A stretch of 60,620 nt of DNA, the filler included. It is 6 parts of 6 records of this genome, joined end to end, with 100 filler letters (N's around TTAATTAATTAA, not from the genome) between each part and the next. Parts side by side here need not be neighbours in the genome. Positions count along the whole stretch, not along the records: positions 9,339 to 16,674 come from SRR2962707_5566; positions 16,775 to 26,568 come from SRR2962707_5568; 4 more parts are not named here. One strand, 5' to 3'. Below the pieces are notes generated by a model, which saw nothing but the letters and a program-made list of their open reading frames with translations, was not told the origin of the DNA and did no database searches. This document shows, one piece after another, positions 10,378 through 22,700 of this stretch. Position 1 is the first letter of the stretch. Each line of letters opens with the position of its first letter. The position numbers and the translations under genes are program-made.

Positions 10378-12735
10378 TTAGCTGCTTTGGCGTTCCGCGC
10401 GAAGTGCCAGGGCATCGTGGATGGCTTTTTGAAGTTGTGCCGGGCGGAAGGGCTTTTTGATAAACACATAATTGCCCAGAAGCTTATCAAGCTCCTTGCG
10501 TGACCGTGCAGGGAAGCCGGACATGAAGACAACGGCGTATTGCGGGTTTTGGCGCAATGCTTCGATGATCAATTGCGGGCCACTGCGCCCTGACATGACA
10601 ACATCGGTCAGGATCACGTCGATCTTGTTGGTGTCATCGGTGGCCTTAAGGATTTCAAGCGCCTCTTCGGTGCTTTTGGCCGAAACGGCCTTAAATCCGG
10701 CATCCTCAAGGATGATGCCCGCAGTTGTGCGCAACGACTGTTCATCATCAACCACCAGAATGCGTTCGCCATTGCCCGGAATGCTATCGATGACGTCTTT
10801 TGACTGGGTTGCTTCCTCGGTGGCTTCGACGCGCGGTAGATAGACCGAGAAGGTTGTTCCTTCGCCTTCGACGGTTTCTACATTGATAAATCCATGGGCT
10901 TCTTCAACCCAGCTATGAACAATCGAAAGTCCAAGCCCCGTGCCTTTGCCCGGTTCCTTGGTGGAAAAGAACGGTTCGAAAATGTTTTCCAGAATATCAT
11001 CAGGGATACCCATGCCGGTATCCTGCACCGTGATGACAACAAACTTTCCAGAAGCATTATCGGGATGGGTTTCTTCGTCATCATCGCCGGTGCGTTGTAC
11101 CAACGGCGCAATCTCAACACTGCGCGAAGAAATTTGCAGTGTGCCACCGTCAGGCATGGCATCGCGGGCATTGATCGCAAGGTTCAACAGGCAGGCTGAA
11201 AGCTGTGTCGGGTCAACGCGGGTGTGAAGCTCCGGCTCGTTCGACCAGATCTGAAGTTCAATCCGGTGTTCAAGCAACGTGATCAGCAGCTTTTCCATCT
11301 CGGAAAAAACGCTGTACACACGGACATTGGTTGGCTGATCAATGCGACGGCGCGAGAACATCAAAAGCTGATCGGCAACACTGGTGGCGCGTTCACCCAG
11401 TGAAATCACGTGATCAAGGTATTCTTTTACGCGATCCGGGTTGTCGATCTTGGCACGTGCAACTTCGGCAAAACTCAAAATACCCGCAAGGCAGTTGTTA
11501 AATTCATGCGCAACCCCACCGGCCATTTGCCCAACAGCCTCAAGCTTCTGCGACGTTGCCAATTGGCGTTGCAACGCTTGCTGTTCCTCGGTTGCCCGGC
11601 GTTGTGACGTAATGTCACTGCCCGTGCCGCGATACCCTTTGAACGTGCCATCAAGTTCAAAGACGGGAACACCATTGATGCGTCCAAAGTGCTTCTCACC
11701 TTGGCGCGATGTCCATGAAAATTCGATGTTCTGGAACGCCATATGGGCCGACAAACGTGAATTAAGATACCGCCATCCATCCTGATCTTCGGAATGAAGT
11801 CCCAGTTTGTCAAAAGACTGGCCCTGCGGCGATCCGTTGATTTCTTCGATCAGCTGATAGAATTTATAGGACGCGAAAGCGATTTTAAGGTCCGCCCCCA
11901 TTTCCCAGTACCAGTCGGCCGATGACAGGGTGAAATCGCGAAACCGTTCTTCGCTGTCACGTAAGGCATCCTGTGCGATCTGATGCTGGAGGGTGCGCCG
12001 CTCAAGGCTTTCGGCCATGGCATTAAGGCCACGTTCCAACGTGCCGATTTCGTCCCGTCCCATCGGCGTCAGCCGCGAACTTAGCTTGCCAATCTGGATG
12101 TTATTAACAAACTGGGCGGCCGTAATCAGGCGCTTAAGCACGGTTTGCTGGGTAAACAGAAAAATCAGTGCCGATGTCAGCAAGATGCACATGGCAGAAC
12201 CAATCAGCAAAACCGATTGCATCTGTCGTTGGCTTGCTTCAAGGCCTTGGGTCGATACCTTGAAATAGGCATACATAAACGGCTGATTGGCATTGAGCGT
12301 AAACAGCGGGGTGATACTGACCATGTTGCGGCCACTGCTGTCATCGCTGGTAAACAGGACCTCCTCGGTCATGTCGGCGCGCAATTCATCCTTGGGGAAA
12401 TCGGGCAGCTCCTTGACCGAACGGCCGATCATCATAGGATCCATCGTGTGATAGATGGTCCCATCAAAACCGATCGCCATTGCCTCCTGCACATGGGGGC
12501 CCAGCAGAAGTTCCATCTGATCTGGATCGCTGATGACCGAGATTTTAAGCTGTTCGTCCTGAATTAATCGACCGGGTGCGCTGATTTGTTCGGCAATGCG
12601 TCGATCAATTTCCGCGCCAAAATACTGAACATAATACCCGCCAAAAAGCCCGAGCAGAATGGTCTCAACGATCACAATCGAAAGTGCGATCTTGAAAACC
12701 AGACTGCCGATCATCCGGTCCAACAGCTTCTTCAC
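10378..12735 (-). CDS. Hybrid sensor histidine kinase (TM-periplasmic-TM-HAMP-PAS-HisKA-HATPase-REC)
   Basis: [10 protein letters not shown]-box, NARDAM, DTGMG, GTGLGLS, C-terminal receiver (VVDDE, DVVM, KKPF). Confidence 0.95.
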   Translation of the reverse strand: MKKLLDRMIGSLVFKIALSIVIVETILLGLFGGYYVQYFGAEIDRRIAEQISAPGRLIQDEQLKISVISDPDQMELLLGPHVQEAMAIGFDGTIYHTMDPMMIGRSVKELPDFPKDELRADMTEEVLFTSDDSSGRNMVSITPLFTLNANQPFMYAYFKVSTQGLEASQRQMQSVLLIGSAMCILLTSALIFLFTQQTVLKRLITAAQFVNNIQIGKLSSRLTPMGRDEIGTLERGLNAMAESLERRTLQHQIAQDALRDSEERFRDFTLSSADWYWEMGADLKIAFASYKFYQLIEEINGSPQGQSFDKLGLHSEDQDGWRYLNSRLSAHMAFQNIEFSWTSRQGEKHFGRINGVPVFELDGTFKGYRGTGSDITSQRRATEEQQALQRQLATSQKLEAVGQMAGGVAHEFNNCLAGILSFAEVARAKIDNPDRVKEYLDHVISLGERATSVADQLLMFSRRRIDQPTNVRVYSVFSEMEKLLITLLEHRIELQIWSNEPELHTRVDPTQLSACLLNLAINARDAMPDGGTLQISSRSVEIAPLVQRTGDDDEETHPDNASGKFVVITVQDTGMGIPDDILENIFEPFFSTKEPGKGTGLGLSIVHSWVEEAHGFINVETVEGEGTTFSVYLPRVEATEEATQSKDVIDSIPGNGERILVVDDEQSLRTTAGIILEDAGFKAVSAKSTEEALEILKATDDTNKIDVILTDVVMSGRSGPQLIIEALRQNPQYAVVFMSGFPARSRKELDKLLGNYVFIKKPFRPAQLQKAIHDALALRAERQSS

Positions 12736-12786
12736 GCGGTTATTTTCCCCCTGTCCTCACTCCGCAGAGTGACACATCTTATCTTC

Positions 12787-14700
12787 CTAATCTATGTAGT
12801 ACTGACTAGGATTTGTAGGTGCCGGCGTTGCATAGCTCCAGGCAGCAGGCATGATCTTTGGAACGTTATGAAAGTTCTTGGCAACCACGCCTTTGCGATT
12901 AAGCGGAAGCGCAATTCCCATAACGTAAAACTGATCGACGCTGATGTCGAGAATGTCGCGCATGAGTTGCGCTTGTTTTTCTGCATTTGCCGTGGCCTTT
13001 AGCTGATCATAAAGGGCAAGTTGCTTCTGAACGGCTTCTGGCGGGGTGATTGCACTGGGGCTTTCTGGGTTGGCATGCCAATTGGACCAGCCGGTTGCGA
13101 ACCATGAAGATTCCGCAGACACCGGAAGGTAGTTGATCGGGATCACCATGGCATCAAGGCCGCCATCACCGCCCCATGCACTGGCGTGATGATTGTTGTT
13201 TTGACGGTTTGCGACAAAAACATCGCGGGCAAGATTGCGTGCAGTGACATCAATGCCAATATCGCGCCAGTATTGGATAACGGCATTGAGCATGTCAAAG
13301 CGGTCGGACCCTTCTGTATCAATCATAAACGACAGACGCTTGCCATCGGGGCGCAGAAGGAAACCTTCGTCGTCCTTTTGCGTCAGGTTTGCCTTTGCCA
13401 GATAGTCTGTCGCCAGCTCGGGATCATGATTGATAAATTGCCGGGCAAGAACCGTATGATACAGCGGGCTTTCGGGGCGCGGTGCTGCCTGATGCGGGAG
13501 GGCGCCGGGGGTAAAGCGCCTGATAATGGCTTCGCGATCGATGGCATGGGACAAGGCAATGCGGAAGTTCTTGTTCTGGAAAATCTTGCGCAGAACAGCG
13601 TCCTTGTCATTGAGGTTCAAAGACAAGGTCAAGGCATTCATGTCGCTTTCAATCAGGGTGAACGGCAGCAAGTCATCATTGGCTGCCAGAACTTCGTCTG
13701 CACGTGTGCTGACGTGACGCTCTTGCATATTGACCTGTCCGGCAATTGCCGCATCACCTGCAGCACTTTTTGACGACACCAACGTGAATGAGACCTGATC
13801 AATATAGGGCAGTTGACGTCCTGTCGGGTCGATTTTCCAGTAATACGGATTGCGTTTGGCAATCAGTGGATCATCTTCGCCGTAGATACCGGTCAAAACC
13901 CATGCATTCAGTGTTGGAACGTCCGGATTTTGCCAGCGGCTCGGGTCGTCAATCGTTCCGGGGGTGCCAAAAACAGCGATAAAACGTTCTTTCCAACCTG
14001 CAAAGCCTTGCGCGCGTGCTTCTTCATCCGCGTTGGCATTATATTTTGGCAACAACGGTTTTAGAAAATGGGCGGGATAACTTACCGGCTCAACCCCTTC
14101 GGGGCGGGCAAGGGCGGTCGGGAAAAGGCCATAAGGGGTACTAAACCGGAATGCGACAGTCGTTTCATCGATTTTGTCGACTGTTACTGGATTGCCATCG
14201 GAATTAAGCCATTCGGGCACGTTTTCGGCAAAGGCCGGGTTGTTCAGGATGTCTTCGTACCAGAAAATAATGTCATCAACGCCAAACGGCGCGCCGTCAG
14301 ACCACCGCATGCCCGGACGCATGCGAAAGAAAAACTCCGTCGCATCGCTGCTGGGTTGAAAGGACAACGCGACATTGGGCACTGTGGTCGTCCATTGGGG
14401 TGTCCAGCGCAGAAGCGGTTCATAGCCAATGTTGCGGATCAGAAGTGCATGGTCGCGCTGGTCGCGCTGGGCCATCTTCCATGTGCCGCCGTAAACGCCA
14501 ACTTTGTCATTCGGGGTCACGATCATCGGTGTTGTCGGAAGACGCTGATCAACCGGCGGCAACGTGCCGTCCTTGACTTGGGTCTCAAGCATCGGGGCTT
14601 CGCCGAAATCAGCAGCATCTGACTTTGGCAGGTCAATCAGCATGACCGCCAAAACGCCAAACAAGATGCCAAACAAGATGTATGTGTAGTGTCTGACCAA
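12787..14700 (-). CDS. ABC transporter substrate-binding protein, family 5
   Basis: N-terminal signal; EAPML...LPPVDQRLP, GVYGG, RWSDGAPF, RNPYYWKID, PAPTNPSQYY. Confidence 0.9.
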   Translation of the reverse strand: MVRHYTYILFGILFGVLAVMLIDLPKSDAADFGEAPMLETQVKDGTLPPVDQRLPTTPMIVTPNDKVGVYGGTWKMAQRDQRDHALLIRNIGYEPLLRWTPQWTTTVPNVALSFQPSSDATEFFFRMRPGMRWSDGAPFGVDDIIFWYEDILNNPAFAENVPEWLNSDGNPVTVDKIDETTVAFRFSTPYGLFPTALARPEGVEPVSYPAHFLKPLLPKYNANADEEARAQGFAGWKERFIAVFGTPGTIDDPSRWQNPDVPTLNAWVLTGIYGEDDPLIAKRNPYYWKIDPTGRQLPYIDQVSFTLVSSKSAAGDAAIAGQVNMQERHVSTRADEVLAANDDLLPFTLIESDMNALTLSLNLNDKDAVLRKIFQNKNFRIALSHAIDREAIIRRFTPGALPHQAAPRPESPLYHTVLARQFINHDPELATDYLAKANLTQKDDEGFLLRPDGKRLSFMIDTEGSDRFDMLNAVIQYWRDIGIDVTARNLARDVFVANRQNNNHHASAWGGDGGLDAMVIPINYLPVSAESSWFATGWSNWHANPESPSAITPPEAVQKQLALYDQLKATANAEKQAQLMRDILDISVDQFYVMGIALPLNRKGVVAKNFHNVPKIMPAAWSYATPAPTNPSQYYID

Positions 14701-15171
14701 TTCCCGTTACCCCTATCGTCGTACTTTCTGTCCGAACGTATCTATTACGCTATCCAAAGGTGGTGGATACTGCGTGGGAGCTAAAAGGTAAATAGAGCAG
14801 TCGGTGAATTAAACCCTAAAATGACTCTGGTAGGATTCTTTCGCACAAAAATCGTTCGGAAAATCTGCAGTATAACTGCGCTGCACATAGTTTTCTTCGG
14901 CGGTGGCTTCACGCAACAGGCTGTTAAAGCCACAGAAACTGGTGGTGACGGGGCACCTTAAAAGATGCGCTAAAGCTGGAGGAGTTTATTTGCAACTTTT
15001 CGCTGCGCTCATGTGGCGCTGCGCCATAAATAGGATGTTAAACTAAAGTTTAATGACGCCTAAATTAGTAAATTTGCGGGTAAACGGCAAGTAACATGTA
15101 TTGGATCCGTCAAGCAGGAAACGAGTCGCATAGTGTGCTATTGTGCAAGCTCAACGGAGAATATCAGGTTC

Positions 15172-15477
15172 ATGGCACCGTCGAAAGAGCAGGAAAATAA
15201 TACTTCAACAGGTTCATTTATGGATGGGCCAAAACCTGCTGCGCCGATCCCAAAATATGAACCCGGTACAGACCCGGTCTTAAAGAACCGGTTGCGCAAT
15301 ACGTCATCGGTGACTCCGGTACAGTCGGTGCCATCGACCGTCGAAGACGATGGTTTTACCGTCGCCGGGGTTGAAGGACGTATTGATCGCAGGAAAGCCA
15401 ATGTTGCTGGAAAACTGGTGGATACAGATCCTGATCAGGCGCTTCGTGTGATCCGAAACTGGCTGATGCAGGAATAG
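15172..15477 (+). CDS. Small soluble protein whose C-terminus resembles the FliF cytoplasmic tail
   Basis: GGAGA RBS; ends VAGVEGRIDRRKANVAGKLVDTDPDQALRVIRNWLMQE. Confidence 0.7.
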   Translation: MAPSKEQENNTSTGSFMDGPKPAAPIPKYEPGTDPVLKNRLRNTSSVTPVQSVPSTVEDDGFTVAGVEGRIDRRKANVAGKLVDTDPDQALRVIRNWLMQE

Positions 15478-15648
15478 CAGGAATAAAAGCCTGCCGGTGT
15501 TTGGCCTTAACGGTCTGATACAGCGTGTTTGTTTCGATAATTCTTGGGATTTATCAACGGCTTTGACATTCTGATCCCTTGCCAACCGTGATGCCCTGTC
15601 CGTTTATGTGATGGATGTGCATCGTGCGACGGTGCCAAGGGGGAATGA

Positions 15649-16674
15649 ATGACCAACTTCGAACAACTTATTTCAGATCAGTTTTGCGCGTTTGATGCCA
15701 ACTATCTGTCGCAACAGGCGACATTTGAAGCACAGCTCGCACCGCTTCAGGAAAAGCTGATTGCGATCCAGAAAACCGGAAACAGCATGGCCGCATCCGA
15801 TCAGCAAATGATCGAATGCAAATGGTTGCTGTCCTATACCGCCGACTGGAAAACGCTAGCGGTCAAACTGGCGGCATTTGAAAAATCCCTTGATAACCGT
15901 GATCAGGATTGGGCCAGTCAGCAGGTCGCAATCGATGGTTCCTGGGGGCCTTGCTATGATCAATGGTTCCTCAAGGTTGATGCGATGATTGATGCGGTCA
16001 ATACGTTGGCCGATCAGGGGCAAGCACCGCAATATCCGTTTCTGTTCCTGGCCCCGATTGCGACACCGCAAAAGATGGTCGCGTGGCTGGAAAGCCAGAA
16101 AACGTCACACATCTTTGCCGATGGGTTGGATCGTCGCGATGCCTTGGGGGCAGTCACCGCGACCTTGTCGCAGATGTGTTTTAAAAGTGAAATCCGCGAC
16201 TATTTCCAAACCTATGTGAAGGGTTTTGACCTGAGTGATGACTATATCGCAGCCTACAAGAAATGGCTCGATGACTGGCAGGATGGGCAAAGTGGCTATT
16301 GGGGTGGATGGTTTGCAACCGCGTCGGATGGTGTGTTGAAAAGCCCTGACCTCAGCCTGACGTTCCATAATATTTCCTATCAGCACGGCAAGGTCGATTT
16401 ATGGGTGGAGATTTTTGCAACCACGCTTGCGATCCGCGATCAGGCTTATCCTTTTGGCTGGAAGCACAACGATGATTTCAACAATCACAACAATTACGAT
16501 GTGACGAAGATCTTTGACCTTGGCTGGTCTCAGGTCGATGACGCATCGCAAAAGGCGGCATCAGATGACATCAGTCTGGTTCTTGACTGGTGTTTGACCA
16601 AATCCATGACGCCAGATGGCGGTTTCATTGATGATCCGACCTTCTATAATTCCGTCGGGGCGGCCTATTATTAC
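15649..16674 (+). CDS. Hypothetical protein with QW-like (prenyltransferase/cyclase-type) repeats, 3'-truncated
   Basis: AAGGGGG RBS; QQVAIDGSWG, WLDDWQDGQSGYWG, WCLTKSMTPDGGF. Confidence 0.7.
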
Positions 16675-16774
16675 NNNNNNNNNNNNNNNNNNNNNNNNNN
16701 NNNNNNNNNNNNNNNNNNTTAATTAATTAANNNNNNNNNNNNNNNNNNNNNNNNNNNNNNNNNNNNNNNNNNNN
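16675..16774. other. Artificial contig linker
   Basis: N-run, TTAATTAATTAA, N-run. Confidence 0.99.
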
Positions 16775-17601
16775 CAGCAGCAGTAGTAGTAGCAGCAGCA
16801 GCAAAAACAACAAAAACAACAGCGACGACGCCGACGGCAATGACGACAACATCAATGTCGTCCATATTTTGGCTCGATTGAAGCGGGCTGCACCCTCTAT
16901 ATGCCCGAATAAAGGCTTCTGGAAACAACTTGTGGAGCTGGATGCTCAGCTTGGAGCACGACACGAGATGCTTCCCGAAAGCCAATGGCCTCGAATATAT
17001 CGCTTGCAAAAAGCATTGGAAATGCACAGTCGTGGAGCGTCCCCCATAAATTGGATTGGACTGAATTCGCTAACGCAGACCTGTCTTAGTCGGGACACGG
17101 TGCATCGGTTGGTAGTGCAGCGGTCTGCGGATTTTTGCAATGTGGTTTGTCATTTTTTGCTGCTCGCCGCTTAGTGTGTTACTTTACCATTTGATGCGAA
17201 ACAGGTATTCAATTTGTGAGCAATATCTTGCAAGCGCAGCACGTTCGCGGCTTCCTAACCCAATAACTGAGGCGCAACTTATCTCGCAATGGGGATCATG
17301 CACAGCTAAGGCACCATGCGTCCGGGATCAAGTTGGCTCGTTGTCTGCCAACCCAGCTCCAGATGGTCTACTTAGCGATGACACAGTCCGCGTGCCAACT
17401 GCATGTATTCTGGCGACCATTGTTGCAAATGCGTTGTGGGAAGACTTAGCGTACCGCCGGAATGTGCCCAGGCTTCTTTTCCAACTCGCACATCAACAGG
17501 AAGCAATTGATGTCATAGATGTTCGCGAGTGTCTCCACCTAGTGCAGCACAACGTGGACTTTGATGACTTGATTTTGGATGTGCCTCACGCAAGAAAGTA
17601 A
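16775..17601 (+). CDS. Eukaryotic dual-specificity phosphatase-like gene, 3' part (possible intron 17108-17204)
   Basis: LARLKRAAPSICPNKGFWKQLVEL resembles the DSP C-terminal I-x-PN-x-GF-x2-QL motif; the catalytic motif is not in the window; exon structure uncertain. Confidence 0.5.
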
Positions 17602-17763
17602 GTTTTGATATCTTGGGCGCTAGACTTCACAACTAAGGTCCCCGCCTTAGCAATCGTGTTTTTACGTTCAAATGGTGGCCGGTCAAGGTATGCTCGTGAA
17701 ATTGTCACTTCAACGAACCGGCTGTTAGACCGTGGTACTTTGCGCGATACGCACGCTGTCGAC

Positions 17764-19571
17764 ATGGCAACGGCCACTGCTTTCCGGCGCAGTTGTGCTG
17801 CAGTTGACCTTGCTGTTTCGCTGGCTTTGGACCCTACACGAGGCGCTTTGGGCACCCAAGTGCCAGGCTGCGCGGTAGCACTTGTGCGAGAAGGTTGGTG
17901 CATGCGGCATGTTGTTTCTAGCAGTCCGCAGTTGCTGCCGAAATTGAGTTGTGTCATTGATGCACTTTCAGGACAAGTTGTTCATCGATCCTGTGGTGGA
18001 TACTGCCGTCTGGACCGCAACGGGCTTAGTGGTGAAGGCCACGTCGGGTGTGACACCGTTTTTCTCACCGCATCCATTTCAAAAACCGTGTGCGCTTTAG
18101 TGTGCTTGCGCGCGGTTGAGCGCGGAGTTATATCAAGCTTAGACGCTGACTTGCGGGAGCTGGTGGGACTTGGCAGCAGCGATTGCAAGGGTTTCGCTGG
18201 CGACGGCGAGGCTCCCTATTCGGCCGCCGCGGTCATTGCGCTTGCCCGTAACCCACATTTTCCTGGTATGCCGGTGACGTTACGACATCTGCTAACGCAC
18301 TCCTCGGGTCTTTGCGACAATGAAGCAGCTCTGGAAGCTGGCTCCGCATGGCGCGTTGAGGAACGAGACTTCGAAGGATCGCTGATCAAGTGCGGGAACC
18401 ATTGTGGCGCGCGTGCTATTTGCGACCGACCTTGTGCAATTTGCTATAGATTGTCAGCTGTAGATTGTGCTTGCCCTTGTCGCTAATGGTTTCTGGTACT
18501 GTTCTCGGCAAGGTATGTGGAGCAGCGCCTTTTGACAACTGGTTCTTCGTCGTCAAATGCTCGCATATGGAGCTCAAAGGCCCCTCCTGGGCGTGCGAAA
18601 TACCATTACTCCAACGCTGGATTTACACTTTTGGGAGCCGTCCTGGAAGTGGTGTCAGGGCGATCATTGCATACTCTCGCAGAAGAATGGGTATTCAGGC
18701 CATGTGGAATGAGTGCGTACGATGAGAAGCATGCATTTGTTCTTGCACGCTCTGCTTTTTTTCGGCATCTTGCACTCCTCGCGTCGTGTTGAGCTGATGG
18801 TTGTCGCACGGCTCAATTGGGACAACATCTCGTGTGCAACAAATAGCTCGATCGTCGTTTTCGTGTAAGATTGTGGAGACTGGAATGCCGGACGTTGCTT
18901 TTCCGCACCGAAGGGGCCGCTCAATATCCCATTTTGGCGTAGCTGAATGGCCGGCCGCTCAGTTGCGGTCCACTGCAAACGACCTTGCTTCGATGCTCTG
19001 TGCTTTGACGTCGGAGATGAGCCCCGGGTCGCACTCGCTTGAGAAGTTAGCATCGACAGGACCAACCCCAGCACCCGCTAGCATTATTTCACAATCGTCT
19101 CGGGCACAAATGCTCCCGCCAGGTCCGTCACCCGATGCGTGAACGATTGTCATCTCTCCTGCTTTAGCAATGATTTTGAGAATTTAGCATTCACATGCCA
19201 TTCGTTGTGAACTTGCTTGTGGTTCTTCATAAACAGGCGGAAAATGTGGCTTGGCGTGGTGGGGAACAGATGCCATATACTCCGTGAAAAAAAAAGGTAA
19301 TGACCGCGTCGTCACGACACGACCGCTGAGATTCCATGGCAAGGAGCGTGATTGTGGTCAAAAACGTTTGTTTTTTATTTTATTAAACTTCGATTGGTGC
19401 AACAACGCATGGCCAGGTATCTTCGAGCATGGCGGTTTCATGGACGGAACACGAACACATATTTGGCTAGCTCCAGGTGCGCGCCGAGGAGCTGTTTTCC
19501 TCTCAAATGGAGACGGTGACTACAGTGATATCTCTGAGGCGGTCCACGGTTTTTTGCTGGGCAGCATGTGA
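17764..19571 (+). CDS. Eukaryotic serine hydrolase of the beta-lactamase/AmpC family, 6 exons (17764-17893, 17972-18389, 18513-18712, 18847-19122, 19237-19296, 19417-19571)
   Basis: SISK (SxxK), LLTHSSGL, YSN (YxN), HGG motifs; GT-AG splicing gives 1239 nt in frame. Confidence 0.8.
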
Positions 19572-19725
19572 CGTGTCGCTCACCTTCAAGGCGCTCACGA
19601 GTCCTTGCTACCCTCCAAAAACTTGCTTTTTCAACGCACGAGGGTTCATACTGTCATCGGCCAACGTGTAAGAAATTACAGTGTACAAGCAGTACTGTTG
19701 GCATTTTAATAAAACCGAAGCCTCG

Positions 19726-22700
19726 TCAGTTTTTGGCAACAACGCTTTCGTCGCTTCTTGGGGATGTTGCAGCCGATTCACTTCGGCTTGCAGAATCTGG
19801 ACTTTGTGCAGAACTGGCCGAAGCTGCAGTTGCCGCACGCTTCTTCTCGAGCCAAGCAACCAGCCTTTTAGTGCGCTTGACGTGAGTCATAAGTTCCGCA
19901 AGCCTCCAGCCGTCAGTATCAATGTTTATCCACTCGTCATATTTACTGTCCCATTTCAAGTAGTGAATCAATACTTCGCTGTTCCTTCGATCCACCACTT
20001 TTCCAGCAAACCACATGTTTAAAGGGTCCTGCACGTCAATGTAATCTCCGATCTCAACGTCGTCGGGGACAAAAGTAGCGCCCTGTATTTTCAGAAATGA
20101 ATGTGAGTAAACCAGCAGTGATCGCCGCTCCTACTCTGCGCACACTCAAATGTAACAAAATGGGCAGCACTGACCTCAACAACATAGTTACCGCCCTGCT
20201 CCCACTGTTCCTCTGGTGCCTCGCACGTTTGTCGTGTGGCGTCCCATTTGTTATCTGTGCAGAAAAAATCTGTGTCGGGATTCCATTTGATGGGCAAGGA
20301 CCGCCACTTTTTGCATGCCTCGCACTGTGCCCAGAACATTGCCACTGTTGGTGCTTGACTTTCGGCGTCGCTCTCATCTTGTTTGTTTCGTTTTTTCGCT
20401 TTGCCGCGACCACTGCTGGATTTTCTGTCTTTATTCTTTCTTTTTGTGGAACTGCCTGTCTTGTCGCTGTGCTTGTCAATTGTCTCAGCTTCGTCTGCTG
20501 CTCGGCGCCTGTATCTACAAAAAATGAACAACAGGCCCGCAACAAGAATAAAGTAAGTAATATTTCGGCAGTTCATTCATGCGGAGAGTCACTGTGGTCC
20601 ACAGCGATTGCGAGCTCACAAGTTCGAGTATCTTACACTTCGCGGGTTGCTGCGTCCAGCGCTTTCCATCCATTATTGATCTGAGCGAGAACGGGTCCTT
20701 TCTCGAGGTCAAAACCCCCTTTCGCTTTTGCTTCGGCACGCCGCTCACGGCAATACAAGCGGTGCGCTGCCTGGAACGAGACTTTGCGTTTGATACCCGA
20801 GGCTGGTTTCCCACCAGCACGGCGGTGGTACGTGACAAGTGTGGACTTGGTTTGACGTTGTGCTTGCAAAGCTTCACGCTGCTTTTTGAATTCTTGCCGC
20901 TGCTTCGCTTTCGCTGCCCATATTTTTGCCGAAGTGCCTGCTGATTCCCGGAGGAGAGCAAGAACCTCGGCGTACGACGCGCCACATGCAGCAGACGGAA
21001 AATGCCTTGCTGAGTCACGGCCCTTCGTTTTTCGCCTCCGGCAGCCACCCGACGGCACAATAGGAACGGTTCCCCCTTGAGTTACCTCATATTCGGATTC
21101 AGCAGCCTTTTGCTGTGCGGTTTCGAACTCAACAACAACATCAAGGATTGGGCTACCGAATACGAGCTTCTCAATCGGAACAGGTATGTTTGAATTGCAC
21201 GACACGGACTTGTTTTGGGGTTTGCTTGGCCCATCACCTGTACCGCTCAAGGAATTTCCATGGGCATCAGCTGCCACGGCTGGAAAACCAAGTGCCCGCG
21301 CGAGCTTGGACGACACTGTGTCGAATGGAGCTGTGCGCAAATGCGGGATGAAGTGGCGGTTGCTCCAATCGTGGGATGCAACGATGCCACCAGCGCCTTG
21401 TCCAAGGAGCCGACGAGTCAAATCACCGGGAGAAAGTGAAGCAATCTCGCTAGATTCAGCTGTTTGTGTTTGACTGGTACCAGAACCTCCGGCCGCTGCC
21501 GCTGGCGCAGAAGCGGCAGATTTCGCACAACAATCAAAGCTATTCATGGCGTACACTGGGGGTAAATATCCTCCAAGGCGTACCGCCTGTACGAAGTCGA
21601 CCAAGTCAAGACTTTGCTGGTCGAACCATTGGAACGCATGCTGCAGCAACGCCACTGCTCCCGATCCGTCCCCGTTGGCACTGGTGACCTTCTCGTTGAT
21701 GGTATAAAAATTGCGTGTGTTTGCGTAAAGCCGCAAAATATGAACACCCCGCCCGGCAGCAGCCCGAACTTGGTCGAGGCGACGGCTTTCTAAGGTTTTT
21801 GCATACGCATCAACACCATCCGCGATTGTGGCCATCTGTGACATTGAAGTGGGTTTTGGCGTACGTTTTCTCGACGATTTTTTCTCAGCACTTGGCGCAG
21901 AAACGTTGCTGCACGAAGACTGCATCGCCACGACGCTTTCGTTTCGCTCCGTTTGAGCGATGCCGGTGAGCTTGCCACCGACAGTTGCAGTCGAGCTCGA
22001 GCTGATCTCCGCTGGCATTGGGTCGTTCGACTCGGAAGCAAACGAAAGAATCGTGTTTGCCCATTGCCGGAGAACGTCACTTGCTTCAAGCAAACTCACA
22101 GAAACCTGGTCAACTTCATCATCGACAATGCCAGTGCATCCACTATCGGCAGTGTTGTTTGACAGCCCACTTGACGACTCAGGATTCGGAACAGGTTGCG
22201 CACTTGCACTCGGAGATTGGTGTTTTTTGCCTTTTAGATTGAGCAACGCACTTAGCTCTGCTTCAACGCGATTCCACGATGCAAGTACTTTTTCATTCGT
22301 TTGTTGCAAACGGTTCCATACGCTCGCAACCGCCTGCTCCGAATCCGAGGTTGGATTTGAGAGAGCCAACCGAACAGCTGAATCAGGCGTGTTTCGCAAA
22401 ATTGCCCGAATGGCGGTGTCCGTGTGTCGGAGCGTTTGGCGCAACACGCTCTTCTCAGAATAAACCAAAAACTCTGCAGTATCAGTCCCGTTCAATTTCC
22501 GAAATGGGGCTGACACTGCATCTGCTGCATCTGCCTTTGAAAATGCTTCAGAAGCTGTGGTGGGCGTTGCTTCACTTGAGACGAAATGCCGAATGATGTC
22601 AAGAGCTGTCACCAAGTTTGAAGTACGTTGTTCAAATCTGTGGGACACGTTTGCACAAACATCCACAATTACACTGGCACAAGCAGCAGACGCAAAAGAA

